DNA of 64,000 bases. Origin: Podarcis cretensis (taxonomy: Eukaryota). The notes beneath the pieces are model-generated. The model was not told where the DNA came from, did no database searches, and saw only the letters and a list, made by a program, of their open reading frames with translations. The translations under genes were made by a program, and so were the position numbers. The stretch covers positions 40,982,001-41,046,000 of the forward strand of contig OX638151.1 in NCBI GenBank assembly GCA_951804945.1, written 5' to 3'. Below are positions 32,350 through 46,100 of this stretch, piece after piece (position 1 is the first letter of the stretch; every line of letters begins with the position of its first letter).

Positions 32350-33309
32350 CCTCTGTCAGCAACAAGTACAACGGTCAAGAGTTTCTAAAGGAAAAGACAG
32401 GGAAACAATGAATGAAGCATAAAAAAGAAGTAATTTATGCCACAACCTGAACATTCTTGCAATGAAGAATAAAACCCTTTTACCACTATATTTCCTTCTC
32501 TTCTTTGTACAAGCACTGCAAAATGAGATACACACATTAATTCCACCTACCATTTTTCCAGCTGTCGGAAAAAGTAATAAAATTCATAATTAATCTCATA
32601 AAATACAAAATCTTGTACGCTGGCACTTTTGAGAGGGAGACCTTCTGCTAAAGTTTCCAACATGACTGGTGATGGTAAAGAGGTATCCAGGTCTAACCTG
32701 CATAAAAATCCCCCCATCCCAGGATGCAGGAGTGGTGGCTGTAGTCAGTCCTTTGAGAGAAATGCATTTTCACAGAATCTTCTCCATTACTGCAGGTTTC
32801 ATTGAAACTGTCAATGAGTACTGAAATGAGGTGGTGGTGATTTGCCAACACTTCAGATCTTTTCAGGGCAGGTCCATACAAGGGCAGGATCCTAAATGCA
32901 ATCAATTGTTTTACAAACCAAACAGCCAAGTAGATGTTTCTCCTTTAAGACCTAAGGCTTCCAAAGTGCTGCTTCTTCATACAAGCACTAACCTCCATCC
33001 TCTATCAAAGTCAAAGCCATGTTGCCTATCCACCCCCATTATTATTATGTGGGTTCTCCAGTTTTCAGTGAATGGCTGGGAGTGAGAAAGCAGAAGGAAG
33101 GTCCTCTTTTTCCTTTCCACTCTGCAAACAAACACAAACTACGGATTTCCTACCCCTCGCCTCCTCCCAGGCTTTCCTCAGATCGCACAGATCTTTCTGG
33201 TGCTACTTTAAAATGAAGAGAACCGAACAGCAACTGTCTGCAGGGCAGCCAGGCAAGAACAGCTGAGTTTCTTTTCAGATTTTTTTAAGGATGGGGGAAA
33301 TCCTTAAAA

Positions 33310-33830
33310 GGAGGCAGGGCGCCTCCGATTGAGGGCAACCTCGTGTGAACGATGCCTAGAAATCATGGCCTCGGCCTCAAACTCACGGTAAAGCCCGGTG
33401 TGAAGGAAGGCTTTCGCCTTCGCACGACGACTTAGCATGGACAGATGGATAATGACATGAAGGCTTGGAGTTTATCGTTACCGTGTGTTCTGAAACGTGA
33501 CCATAAAATTTCCGTTGCACGTTGCAAATGCCTTTTCCTCCGTAGGAGCAACGGAGCAGTGCAAAAGAGCCTCCAGGGAGCTGTGGGTGCACATAGGAGA
33601 GGCGGAAGCCTACTCTACGAAGCAGAGCGAGCGGGTGGGAGAAGCCGAGTGGCTCCGCTCAGCCTCCTCTCCGGCGCTCTCCTCCAGTCGGTCCCCAGCC
33701 TCACGGAGGCTTCGGTCGACCTACCCAGAGACGGGATAGTTCAACCCACCGAAGCCCTTTCTTTCCCAGGCAGTACCTTGACTCAGCGGCAGAACCGGAA
33801 CTCCAAAGCCGGCTCCTTCCATATGAGCAA
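33310..33830. promoter_or_regulatory. Second CpG-enriched patch upstream of the ABCC10 ATG exon (possible ABCC10 promoter or non-coding exon)
   Basis: Locally CpG-rich, ETS-like ACCGGAA at about 33794, minus-strand donor-like GTGAGT at 33381-33386. Confidence 0.45.
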
Positions 33831-36299
33831 ATAAATAAATAAATACAACGCTGAGCTTCCTGGTTATTTTTGCCACTGTGTTTTGCTTTGCCTTTTCATA
33901 CCTCGGAAACGTGAAAGTGAGAGTTGCTAAATAGGAAACAATAGGGGAATCCGGGATTGTATCACAGCTGTGCTTTCCCGTCTCTCCCCTCGCCAACTGA
34001 GCAAACTAAAGTAGAAGCGAAAGCAAGGAATAACCCAAGTGGGATCTGCAACGACACCAACACGTGTGCGTATTGTGTTAGGCTGGTTTTAAAATTTAAG
34101 CAGGAGCGGGGAGGCTGGGATTTATTGTGCTCGTACTGCGGGTTGCCTGCTGTTAAATCCTCCTAGTGCAAGGTCGAGTGGCCGAGAGTGATCTATAGCA
34201 GTTTTGCAATACAGTACCTTATTGTCTCATTGTTGCAAGTGAGGAAACGGGCAGAGTGTGGCTTACAGCAACCATGTTATGTAGACCAAGGCTGTATCCA
34301 ACTTTATACGTTTTGCTCAGAGGAAACCCACTGAAATTAATGTGCCTGCTCATTTCAACGGGTCTAGTTTGAGTGTAACTAACGTTGGATGCAACGTTTG
34401 TTATCCTCGGACTCGGGAGGTATTTCATAGACAGCTTTGAGAACTTATCACCTGTTGGCAAAATGCAACGTCAGGGATGCAATCGTCCGCCGAGCAGAGA
34501 GATAGGAGAGCAACGACATCACAATAAACGTTACAGGTATTTCATGTGAACTCGCCCGCGCCGGTGTTCTATATCAGCTGCAATGCTCCACACAATTGTA
34601 TGGAAAACAGAATGCAGAACAGAAAAAGACAACCCATTCAAAACATACCTCGCGTTAAAGCAAATGTCAGTTGAGTGGTCACTTACATCGCCCCCATCAA
34701 ACCCCAGCCCAGTTTGACCTGCGCTTCCCTGAATGAGGAGGCTGTTTTCATTGTAAAATGAAAGCCCCGCCCCCTCCAAAAACAGGAAGCCACAGGTATG
34801 TTGCTCTATACCTTTTTTCGTCTATGGGCATTTCGTTCCCCTGCTGCAACCAACTTACTTTCCCTCTAGCGTCCTCTAGAGGGTGGGAGGGTGTCTCGGC
34901 ATGTTGGCAGGGCGAGCAGAAGCTGGCAGCGGGTGAACTAATCGCGTTGCTGGTTATGTAATGTTGAGATCCTTTCCCATAGTTTGACTTTACAACCTTC
35001 TGGGCTGGGCAGAGGGAGTCCACCAACCATCCCACCCACCCCTCCAGGGCAGTGGATCATGAGAGTTAGAGTGTACACAAAATTATTGAAATAGAGCAGA
35101 ACATAAATCACAGCTCTAGTGTTCGGCAGCACCACAAAAAAATATATATATTGATCCAAGGCAAGAATCCTCATGATTTTTACATCTATTGACAACAAAG
35201 CCACCAAATCACAGAACATATGTGTGAGGTAGTCTATGATTTGATGGTGGTTTTGAGGGGGTCCTTTGTAAGTACTATGATGATCCATACGGATCTCTTT
35301 TATAACTTGGCTTCTGTTTCAAAAATCCCCAAAGGCAAAATGTCAAGTAGGGTTCAGAGACAGGGACAAAGGAAGCTGCCTGATACCTATTCAGACCATT
35401 GGTCAGTTAACTTAGTATGTACTATCAACACTGACAGGCAATGACTTTCCAGAATTTCAGACAGAACACCTTCCCAGCTCTACCTCAAGATTCCCAGGAT
35501 TGCATGCAAAATGCTACAGCTCTGGCAGCCCATGGGCCAAATTTGCTTAGTTGGTGGGTATTATCTGCCTGCCATCCCAGAGGCTAAAGGTGATGCAGCA
35601 AAGTAGACAACAAATCAGTTGGCTGGTAAAACTTGCCTGTCATTCCTCACTGCCTTCTAATTCCTGATAAAAAGACCAGAAGACCTCTCAACTGAAAATT
35701 CAACACAAAAAGTAATTGACACTTACCTAAAATCTTCACTGCATTTTAATGATATATAGTAACCTCCAAACAGGTGGTTAAACACTACTAGAGATTCGCC
35801 ATTTACCAATGACTTCCTATGTAAGTGTCCTTAGCCTTTGAATTATGGTAACTCCCTTCACATTCGACTTTGTTCTGCCTTATCTTGTTTTCGCGATATT
35901 ACTGAAGATAAGGATAAATTTTATGATCAAACTTTCTCTGTGACCAATGGTATTCTTAAGAATGTTTATTCAGAAGTATTTTGTTTATTTACTCAAAAAC
36001 ATCTATGCCCTTAACTGCCCATGAATGGTCCCCAAAGCAGCTTGCATACGATATTAAAACAATTCAAGAAAACACAAAACTAAAACCAGCAACGAGAACA
36101 GCATCACCATGAACAACAGTTAAAAACTGATCAGAAATCATTCACTAGAATTGAATCCATGCATCTAAATTCATATCCTGAATGAAGCGCGTCACAGGCA
36201 TGCATTCAACAGGTGACGCTTCCCCTCCGCACGTTGCTAACAGGTAAACCTCCTTAGTTTACTAAACTTTTTCCAGCAGACATATTAAGCTCAGAGGAC

Positions 36300-37150
36300 G
36301 TTGACGGGGGAGATTTAGCGCACACATGGGAGGCGGAGATTGGACCTAATAAGGCGGGCAGCCTAATAACACTGCAGTTTACACTGGGGACCGCCTCCCG
36401 TTGCGCTTACCTTCCTCCCTATCACGTGACTCAGGGCCCGGGCCCGCCCCCCGCCATTTCGTCCGTCCGTGAGCCGTTCGCAGGGCTCGCTGATGGTCTC
36501 GCGACGCATCTCCCCCCCCAACCCCGCCTCTTCCCTCGGCCTCGCACGCGGCACGTGACCGCTATTTCCCTATCCGCCATTTTGTCGGGGCAGCCCGAGG
36601 AAGCTTTTTGTAACCTCAGGCTCTTGCGTTTGCGTCCGGTGCGCGCGCGCATGCACGAATGGAGCGTGCTGAGGGAGGATGGTCAGCAGGAGGAGCAAGG
36701 AGGAGCGGCCTCGGCGAGGAGTGAGGGCGGGCGGCCTCCGGGGCTCCTTGAGCCGCCGCCGCCGCCGCCACTACTACCACCGCCGGCAGCGCCATGTACC
36801 GTACCAGTAGCGTGTCTTCCTCCAGCCGGTCCAAAGAGAGCAGTAGCTCGGGCTCGCGCAGTTCCCGCTCCGGTGCCTCCGGTTCGACGCGGGGCCGGAG
36901 CCCGCGCCGCTCACGCTCGCCTTCCCCGCGAGGCCGCCGGTACCGTTCGCCGTCCAGCAGCCGCTCTTCTCGCCGCTCGCCGTCCCCGCGCCGCAGTAGT
37001 CGGGTACGGTCTCCGTCCGTGGGGAGCCGGAGCCGAGCCGGCTCAGAGCAGGCTTGCCCGGCATAGCGACCTAAGGACCGGGCCTTGGGAATATTAGTCC
37101 GCCCTCCCCTTTATCCCCCCTCCTCACGGCCATGGTAACGGCTCCCTGCC
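36300..37150. promoter_or_regulatory. CpG island / likely bidirectional ZNF318-ABCC10 promoter
   Basis: Very high GC and CpG density. E-boxes CACGTGAC at about 36423 and 36552, GC box GGCCCGCCCC at 36441, YY1-like CCGCCATTT at about 36451 and 36574, NRF1-like GCGCATGC at about 36647, minus-strand donor AG|GTAAGC at 36411/36410. Confidence 0.8.
36794..37003 (+). CDS. ZNF318: ZNF318 exon 1 coding part (Ser/Arg-rich)
   Basis: GCCATGT start, MYRTSSVSSS...RRSSR, donor CGG|GTACGG in phase 0 matching exon 2. Confidence 0.85.
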
Positions 37151-40100
37151 TGGCTGCTCGCTTGCTCGCCTGAGCCATACACCGAAGTGGTGACAAACGG
37201 AGGATATATCCCCTTTGGTCTCTTCCTGTCGTCACCTTTCCTGCAGGTTTCAGGAAAGGCGACCCTTCCCTTCGCGCTCCCGAAGTGCACAAAGACCTCT
37301 CACATCGCTGGGCCAGGGCCTTAGCAACCTCTTGCATCCCCCCAACAGTTGTACCTGCAAGCACAGTTTTGGTTAGGGGAGGACTAACACAAAGGCATAG
37401 TTGTTCAGCCAAAGTTGGCGGGCTCCCCCCCCCCCCAAAAAAAAGTCACGGAGGACGCAAGCCTATACACACTTACTTGGGAGTAATTTAATTTAGTAAG
37501 ACGTCTCAGTAAGTTTAGAGCTGGCCTAAGAGGTTGCCTAAGGTGGAGGAGCAAGTGGTACACCTGCCCTCCGTTTATGGTTCATAAGGCTGGTTCAGTG
37601 ATTTTGGTATCCAAGGCTGGTTCAGTGATTTTGGAACATGAGACAGAAAATCCAGAAAAACCTCTTCCACCCCCCTTGCTGGCAGTAGGAAGATAATAAC
37701 AATAACAGACTACTACAAATTCACTGCCCTTCCATTACCCTTTAAAGCAGTTGCCTACGGTGCACTCTTCATTTCCTAATGGTAGGGTTGCCCAACATGT
37801 TTTGGGGAATTTATTTTCAGGTTCTTTGGTCATTATTCTTTCTTAGAAAAGCAGAGAATGCTTGTGGGTTGTGGGAGCTTAGTTCTTTGTGGATTGAATA
37901 GGAAGGTAGGACCATGCTAAGTTTGAAACTAAACATAGTATAAGTACTTGAAATATATTTCGGGAGAAATCAGTAGGGTTAATAAACAGGCTAGGTCATA
38001 CAGCAAATGGCTAAAGTAACCTGTCCTTTGGAAAATAATAATTGTGTCCATTTTCACAGGTGTATATGGGAATAGGTAAGATAAACAAAAATAAAATAAA
38101 TGGAGCAATATTTATACAGGAATGAAAAGTAGTTAAGCAGTTGTCCATATACGAGGCTGCAACATAAATTACCTAACTAGGAAATAAGTCCCACTACACA
38201 TAGTGGAGTCATTCTGAGTAAATACGCACATAATGACACTGGTTGCAATTGTAATTGTTTTGGTTCCCAAAGTACTTCACTTCTCTTTTGGCCTTTGATT
38301 TTCAGAAATTCTGCTAGTTTGAAAATCATTTCAGCTAAGCATCTGAGGAACAGTTTCTTAGATGGGGATATTGAAATTAAATAGATTATTTAGGAAGTAT
38401 AAATATTTCATAATTGATTTTTAATGTTCTGATTGTTTATAGGTATGAAACCCAAATAAATTTTAAATACATATGTCTATTAGCCTTTGGCTTACCTCAC
38501 AATTCATCATCTTTTAATTTCTGCTCTACTGCTTTGCAGTTGTAACCTTAGAAGAGTTTTAGTATATTTGTTTTGATTTATAATTTTCCTATGCTTGTTG
38601 GGGATAGCGGAATATAACACAATCTTAAGCATATTGACTCAAAAATAAGTCTCTTTATATTCAATTGGATTTGATTTCTGATAACTGTGTTTAGGATTGC
38701 TGTTAGACAAATTAAGTTTATATAATAAAAACTTTTAATACGCCATCTCTTAAAGCAGTACTAGAAAATACTTATGCCCTTACTGAGGGAAATAAATCAG
38801 TTATGTGGGCAGACATCAAGAGTGATTTTTTTTTTTAGCCTAGCACACAATTTCTTGGAAATTAGAGGTGGCAGTCTCCAGTGTTTTTCAAACTTGGATC
38901 CCCAGCTGTTGTTGAACTACGACTCCCATCATTCCTGACCACTGGTCCTGCTAACTTAAGGTGATGGGAGTTGTAGTCCAACAACAGCTGGGGACTCAGG
39001 TTTGAGGAAAAACTGCTGTAAACAGTGTGGGGCCAAATCCTTTCCCATCATTATAGATAAAAAGCATTTAATGGTAGGGTAGCACTTTTTTTTTTTTAAA
39101 ACCCATGGGCCACATACACATTTAACCAGAACTCCAGGGACCTCATGCCAGTGGTGGATGTGGCCCCCCCATGCTTCCATGCCCACACTCACATGTGCAC
39201 ACAGGGCACAGGCCCTTGGCCCTTAGCTGTTCCCCAAGTTGGCCCTCACATTCCCCAGCCCAGCAGGGACCTCCCTGTTCATCAAGTTATCAGACTGATG
39301 GCTGGGCAGGGACTGATTGGATTGCCATCAGGGCACTAGACTGTGTGTGGTTTTTTTGTTTACTTCACCCACCCCAATGTTATGTCTCTCTTATTTGCTC
39401 ACAAAATTGGTAGGTTCTTTAGAGGGCCAGGGAAATGGTTTGGGAGGCTTCAGGCCAGGGGTTAGCTACCTGTGCTCTAAGGAAAATAGTGCTGGGGGCA
39501 CAGCACTGATGTAATATGTAGATCAAGAAAACTGAACAGAATTGTGAGGACCTTTCATTAAAGCTCCTAGAGTATGAGTAATAACCTGCTACTGGTCCTT
39601 TTTGATCTTCTGGCTTAGAATGAGCAGAGCTGCTTGTGATCAGCCCAACCAACTGAACAGGAGCTTTCCCCAAATATTCAGTGGCATTAAAAAATAGTGA
39701 AATTGACTCAGGCCATGTATAAAGTACAATACTCAGGCAAGAGTCCTGGAAATTAATAGTACTTTTTAAAAGATTTTCCTGAAAATCCAGACTGCTGACT
39801 TGCTGCCCAGTGTTCTGAAAAGGAAAGGTTGAAAACTTGTGATAGCTGGGGAGTTGAAACCCAACTTAAAAGTGAACAGTAGCCTACTTGAGAGGGGCAT
39901 AAGTCACTTCCAGGTTAGATAAAGGAGCCCCAAACTGCAATTATGGTTTTATTTCTGCTCATGGCATAAGTGATACATGGGTGGAGTTTATAAAACTACC
40001 AATATAAAATTGTATATTTATAAACATGAATTCACCGGTAGTCATGTACTGTGGCAAAGCAGTTACATGAGTTTTCTGGATAATTTTGAATCAGACTTTT

Positions 40101-43100
40101 TCAGTGCCTTAAATTGATTGGGATTGGATTTAGTTTATTTGAATTACAGTGGTACCTCCGGTTGTGCATGGGATCCGTTCCGGAGTTCTGGTCAGATCCT
40201 GAGAAATTTGCAGCTGGAGGTGCCTGTTCTGCACACGGTGCGGTAGAGCGCTTCTGCGCATGCACGTGACAAAACCTGGAAAAATACTTCCGGGTTTGCC
40301 GCGTGCGTAACCCGAAGGATACACAACCAGAGGTGTATGCAGCCAGAGGTACCACTGTATTTGGTTTTTGGATTTTAATTAAGCCTTGTTTATACATGCA
40401 TGCTTGAGCACACAAATCTGCAAATCAGTAGTTCTCATGTGAGAGAGAAGATGCTTTCCAGAGACAGTCATCTAACTCAAAAAATGTTGAAACTTTGAAA
40501 TGCTCCAAATTTAACTCTATTCTTTCCATCCATTTTATTACTAATTAATTTTATGAAACAATATATTCCAATAAAGTGAGAATATTCTGTGGAAACAAAC
40601 ATCACTGGGGATATTTTCTGCCCTACATCACTGGCTGCAATTTTTCTTAATGGTAAAGTTGTCAATCTAGTTTCATTGCCTACACATGTGTTCACAGATG
40701 CCTTCAGTGCAGATGAGTGCAAGTTTGACATGCATTGTCTGATTTAAGTTGGCGTTGACACTTTAAATTGCTTGATTTCACAGTGGTTTTGGCTTATTCC
40801 TTTAATTTGATTAGTTTTCATTTCAAAGCAACAAAGGTGATGTCAAAGCAGCTTACAACAATAACATAATCTATCCTAATAATTAGCATGATGGAACTGT
40901 ATTTTTCTCCAATTGCAGAGACGTTCCACAGGCCGGCGCTCACGTTCCCCGGGCCGGCACTCACGTTCCCCAGGCCGGCATTCTCCAAGTCGACATTCTG
41001 AGTCTTCAGTGGAACAGAATTTACGGATCACAGTTGGCAATGACCGTTACGGCATTGACACACCTGAGAGAAAGAGAATATCTGATAGACTAGGCTCACC
41101 AGTTGATAGTCTGAGTGATTTGGACAGGTATGCCTCTGAAGAATAGCCTTTCAGAATTACACCTTTTAGTTCTCGTGTCATAGGTGATGTAAATGATCAC
41201 CAACTTGCTGTGAGATGGTATGGAAATTGTATGGAAATTGTGAGATGGTATGGAAATTGTATTGGATGGAATATATCAAGAATCTCACAGAGATGTTTTG
41301 CTTTCTTCACTTTTATGTCGTATTGGTACTCCCAAGTAGTTGCCAAAACCCGGTGGTAGCTCTTAAACTAAAATTGTGCAGTAAGATATATAAAAGGATG
41401 TCACATAGAGGATGTCAAATATATAAAAGGATGTCACATAGAGGAGGGAGAAAGGTTGTTTTCTGCTGCTCCAGAGAAGCGGACACGGAGCAATGGCTCC
41501 AAACTACAAGAAAGAAGATTCCACCTAAACATTAGGAAGAACTTCCTGACAGTAAGAGCTTGTTTGACAGTGGAATTTGCTGCCAAGGAGTGTGGTGGAG
41601 TCTCCTTCTTTGGAGGTCTTTAAGCAGAGGCTTGACAACCATATGTCAGGAGTGCTGTGATGGTGTTTCCTGCTTGGCAGGGGGTTGGACTCGATGGCCC
41701 TTGTGGTCTCTTCCAACTCTATGATTCTATGATTCTATGATTCTATGATTCTAAGATTAGATTCTGAAGAACTAAATGCATACAAGTACAGGAATAATAT
41801 GAATGTATGCTTGTTGTAATTTTAACCATGTTGTTGATGGTGATGGAATATATTATAAATGCCCATAAATTAGAAAGGGAGAAAGTTGAAGATAAAAAAA
41901 TAAATAAATTAGGAAGTTAAACAGCTAGTTGGCTGAAGGCAACATAAGATTCTCACTAGATCAACACTCTTGAGTTTTTATGAGAATTTATTTCAGTGGT
42001 GAACTACTGTGGATAAAGTTTTTATGTGTCTCAGTTGCTGGTAACAGCGGACTGTCCTTTATAGCTGAATTGCTAACAATCTCAAAAAACATTTTGATAG
42101 ACTATTTAACCATTGCTTAAATTGGTGAAATTCTGAAATTAACACATTTGTCCTATGTACCATTGCTGCTGATCTTACTTCAGTTAGCGTGCCATATCTA
42201 TATCAGTTCTGTGATACTATGATTGCAGTGATCCATTTTGTACAGGCTTGTATTTTGTAGTCAAGTTTGGTAAACTTATACTGCAAGCCTATTAGAAGTA
42301 AATCCCATTGAGTTCACTGGGCTTACTTCTAGGTAACTGTCTCAGGTTCCAGCTACTGTTTAACCTATATCATCTTAAAAGCAAATTATGAAGTATAAAC
42401 TAGGCTTAAAATTAAGTGAATAGGTGTCAATTTACAGCTTGCATTTGGTCCCAAACAATCCTTTTTGCAGTTTGTGTTCTCTTGTTAGAATCTTGTGAAG
42501 CATAATTTATTTTTATTTTTTAATTAGCTCATTTGACTGGAGGGGTACATTTAAATTTTGTTCTTCCCTGCTGTATGGTAGTAGCAGTGCTGGTAAAGTT
42601 TTACTTTATTCCCAGTATATATAAATAAATAAGAGAGCATCTTTTATGAAATCTGATGAATACTCTTTAGCCTTCTTGTCATGCTGGCTTTTGTGAAGGC
42701 AGACCGAAGGCATGCTGGCTTTTGTGAAGGCAGTGGAAAATGACTAATTATTTTACTTGGATATAAGGGAGGAATCATTTAGAGACAGTTAACGTATAAT
42801 GTCATCCTTCAGAGAAGTTCACAACAACGTTGACTGCAGTGACAGGAAATAAAGTTGCTTTGATCCAGGAATTGTAAATAAGCTTTGGAGAAGGAGTGGA
42901 CCATTTATAGTTTAGTGAGATTGTAATCATAAGAAATTGCTGGGTGCTTGTTCACATGTAGTGCTATATAGGATGGGTGGGTCATTTATTTATGCGCTTC
43001 TTCTATATGTAGGACACGTAGTGTGAATTGTGGCCTGTTGGTGTATGTTTGTAACAAGTGTGTTTCATTCAGTCTGCACTCTTCACACCAAAACATCACT

Positions 43101-46100
43101 TTAGCAGGGCCTAGTTGGTATGAATATTTAGTAAACACCCAGGACAAGCTTCCAGAATACCACTCTTGCAGAATGTAAACAATATTGCCCACAGTGGATA
43201 ACAATAGATTTAAAACTGTGTTCCTCTGCTAGCATCAATAGTAGTATTACAAGAGGTTTTGAAAATACCGTATTTTTTCACTCCATAAGACACACCTAGT
43301 TCTTAGAGGGGGAATGCAAGAAAAAAAATATTCTTTAAAGGGAGTGCTGAGCAGAGCCTGTATGCATCCCAGGCTCTGCTCAGCGCTCCCTTTCATGAGC
43401 CGCATGGAGTGTGTGGAGGCTTTCCCCCGAAAACAGGCTGTCAGTGACAGGCTCCCCTTCTCCCTCCTAGGAGAAAAGCCCCCAAGAGCTGCAAACACGC
43501 TCCACACGGCTCTTTAAAGGTAGTGCTGAGCAGAGCCTGTATGCATCCCAGGCTCTGTTCAGCGCTCCGTTTCACGAGCTGCGTGGAGTGTGTGTGTGGC
43601 GCTTGCAGGCTGTCCTTCTCCCACCTCATAGAGCCGCACTCCCTTTAAAGAGCCGCGCCTAGCGTGTGTGCAGGTCTTGGGGGCTTTTCCCCCGAGGACG
43701 GGGAAGGGTAAGTGACAGGCTGCCCTTCTCCCTCCTTGGGAAAAAGCCCGCAAGAGCCGCACTCCCTTTAAAGAGCGCGCGGAGCGTGTGTGCAGCTCTT
43801 GGGGGCGTTTCCCGCCTGCATTCACTCCATAAGACACACACACATTTCCCATTACTTTTTAGGAGGGGAAAAGTGTGTCTTATGGAGCAAAAAATATGGT
43901 ATGTCTGCATCTGAGGAGTGTGGTGCATGCAGATAATTTCACACAACCTTTTCTGAAGAAGAATGGTGGGAGATGGGCAAAAAAGTACAAAGCTAGTTTT
44001 TAATCATTTTTCCTTAATTGAAATCATGAGTTTTTTAATTGTTCAATCGACAGTACTACTTATTTTTTTCTGCTCATTTTATCTTTAGTGGACTCTAATC
44101 TAAGAGGTTAGCAATAACAGCAAATACGGAACTGAAATATTTACTTTCTGAAAATGAATTGAAGTTTAAGAGAGAATTAAGCACCCATTTAGTAAACTTA
44201 CTAATTAGTGCTTCTTGTGGGAATTACTATTTCTAGGATGAAACTGCTTTCATTTTCTTTATTTTTCTGATATTTCTTGTGAAACAGAGGAGTTTTTGAG
44301 ACATAAAAAGCAACAGCAAAGTCATAAAACAAGGATGGCACAAGTTGGGCCTGTAGTTGAGTGCCCATGCTTCGGGTGCTAGTTGTCTGTACTTGTTTTC
44401 AGGATTTTCCTTCTGTCCATGCCCCTCAACAGTGAGTTGGTATTTGTTGTCTACAGCAGGGACAACCAACTCCCAAGAGACTGCGATCTACTCACAGAAA
44501 AAAAATATGGCAGTGATCTACCCCCTTTTTGGGGTGTTCAGGTGTCATTTTTTTAATGGAGGAAAGTCGAAGTTGTTAAACTTTTTTTAGAGGGGCAGGT
44601 CTGAAATGTTGAGCTTTCTTTTGGGGGAAAAGTCACTCACCAAAAGATTGATCAGGAAACAAAATGCCTCACGGGGAGGACAGGGCAAGGGGCCAGGGTC
44701 AGGTTCTATTTTTATAATGAATGATTTTAGAGTGTTATGTTGTGTTGTACTGTTTTATTGTTGTTAGCCGCCTTGACCTCGGCTTCGGCTGGGGAGGGCG
44801 GGATATAAATAAAATTTATTATTATTATTTTCCCCCCACAAAGGAAAAATTGACCATGATTGACTCAAGTCTCCCGGGGATCGACCAGTTGATCACGGTC
44901 GACCGGTTGGACATCCCTGATCTACTGGATATACTCAATTGTTATTTGGATTCTTTTGCCTTAAGTCTTTTGTGTATTTCTACAAATCTTGGGGTCTTCC
45001 TGAGCCTGCTGACAATTGTCTCGTGTGCATCAGTGCTGCTCTTTTGACTAAGTAAATTTCTATGCTGGAGAACTGAATTCACCATTTGTATATAGGATAC
45101 TTGCACTGTCCATTGTTTGTAGCTAGTTCAGAGTGACAACTTAATCTTGGTAACAAACATAATTTTGATTGAATCTCTCTTCCAATTGATATCCTGATCC
45201 TATGGACTTATTTTAGGTGTAATTGGGTCTTAAGTGGCTTAAGTGCTATAGCTAAACCAGAGCACTGTGTTTGATAACTGAGTTCATCAGTTGAGTCCCA
45301 TTTGCCATTATCTACCTTATTCTCCTGGGAACCAACTACCTTTTGGTTGCAGATATACACAATAGATTGTGAAAAACCTTAGAATGTAATTCTGTATTAT
45401 TTGCTCCTGTCAAAGTGGCATTGCTGTCCTGTATTGCAGTTCATATTTGAGGTTGGGACACTTTGGTCTGATTATTTGAGCAGTTTGTGTGATGAGCTGC
45501 TCATAATGTCAGACCACAAGAAATCAGCAAAACCACATTTCACTGTTCATTCACAAATTACATTACATGCATATATTATATAAACTTCACTGTTTTTCTT
45601 GAAAAATCTTTGAGCTGTTAAGGCCAGTGATATTTTGTCTTCTAAATGCTGGGTGCATTGGGGGGGGGCATCTCAGAAAGCAGGTTTTGAAAATACTAGC
45701 AGGGGAAATGCTTATGTTTTCTTCTATAATATTGTTGCTGATGATGGAGGAATCATAATAGCCATGGTGTAAAAATACTTCTAAGTAATGTTAGGTTGCT
45801 CACTTCTCCTATTTTCATCCTGATGAAGTTATTGCTTCCCTGGATGGTCAGTCAGACATAAGAATGAATGAATTTTAATGTATGTAGTCCAAACTAAAAT
45901 AAAACAATTAAGGTGTATATGTATTTTGGAAATAATCTTACAAAAATTACTAGCCTGCAGGGCAAAGGAGGAACAGAACACTGTGTTTCTGTGCTGGGCC
46001 AAGAGGAGGAGGCTTTCCTCCTCTGGCAGCCTCTGGGTTTCTCTGTTGGGCTCAGAAGTAGCAGAACGCTCTGTCTCTCCTCTGCCAACCTACTCACTCA

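Noticed and set aside
37050-37060. Possible GC-AG intron at ZNF318 exon 1 (CAG|GCTTGC)
   Set aside because: A canonical in-phase donor CGG|GTACGG at 37003/37004 gives a junction (SR|RRS) matching the known protein.
36426-37097. 223-aa GC-rich ORF and antisense ORFs over the CpG island
   Set aside because: Alternative-frame readings of the CpG island and ZNF318 exon 1; stop-poor because of GC content and with no recognisable domain.
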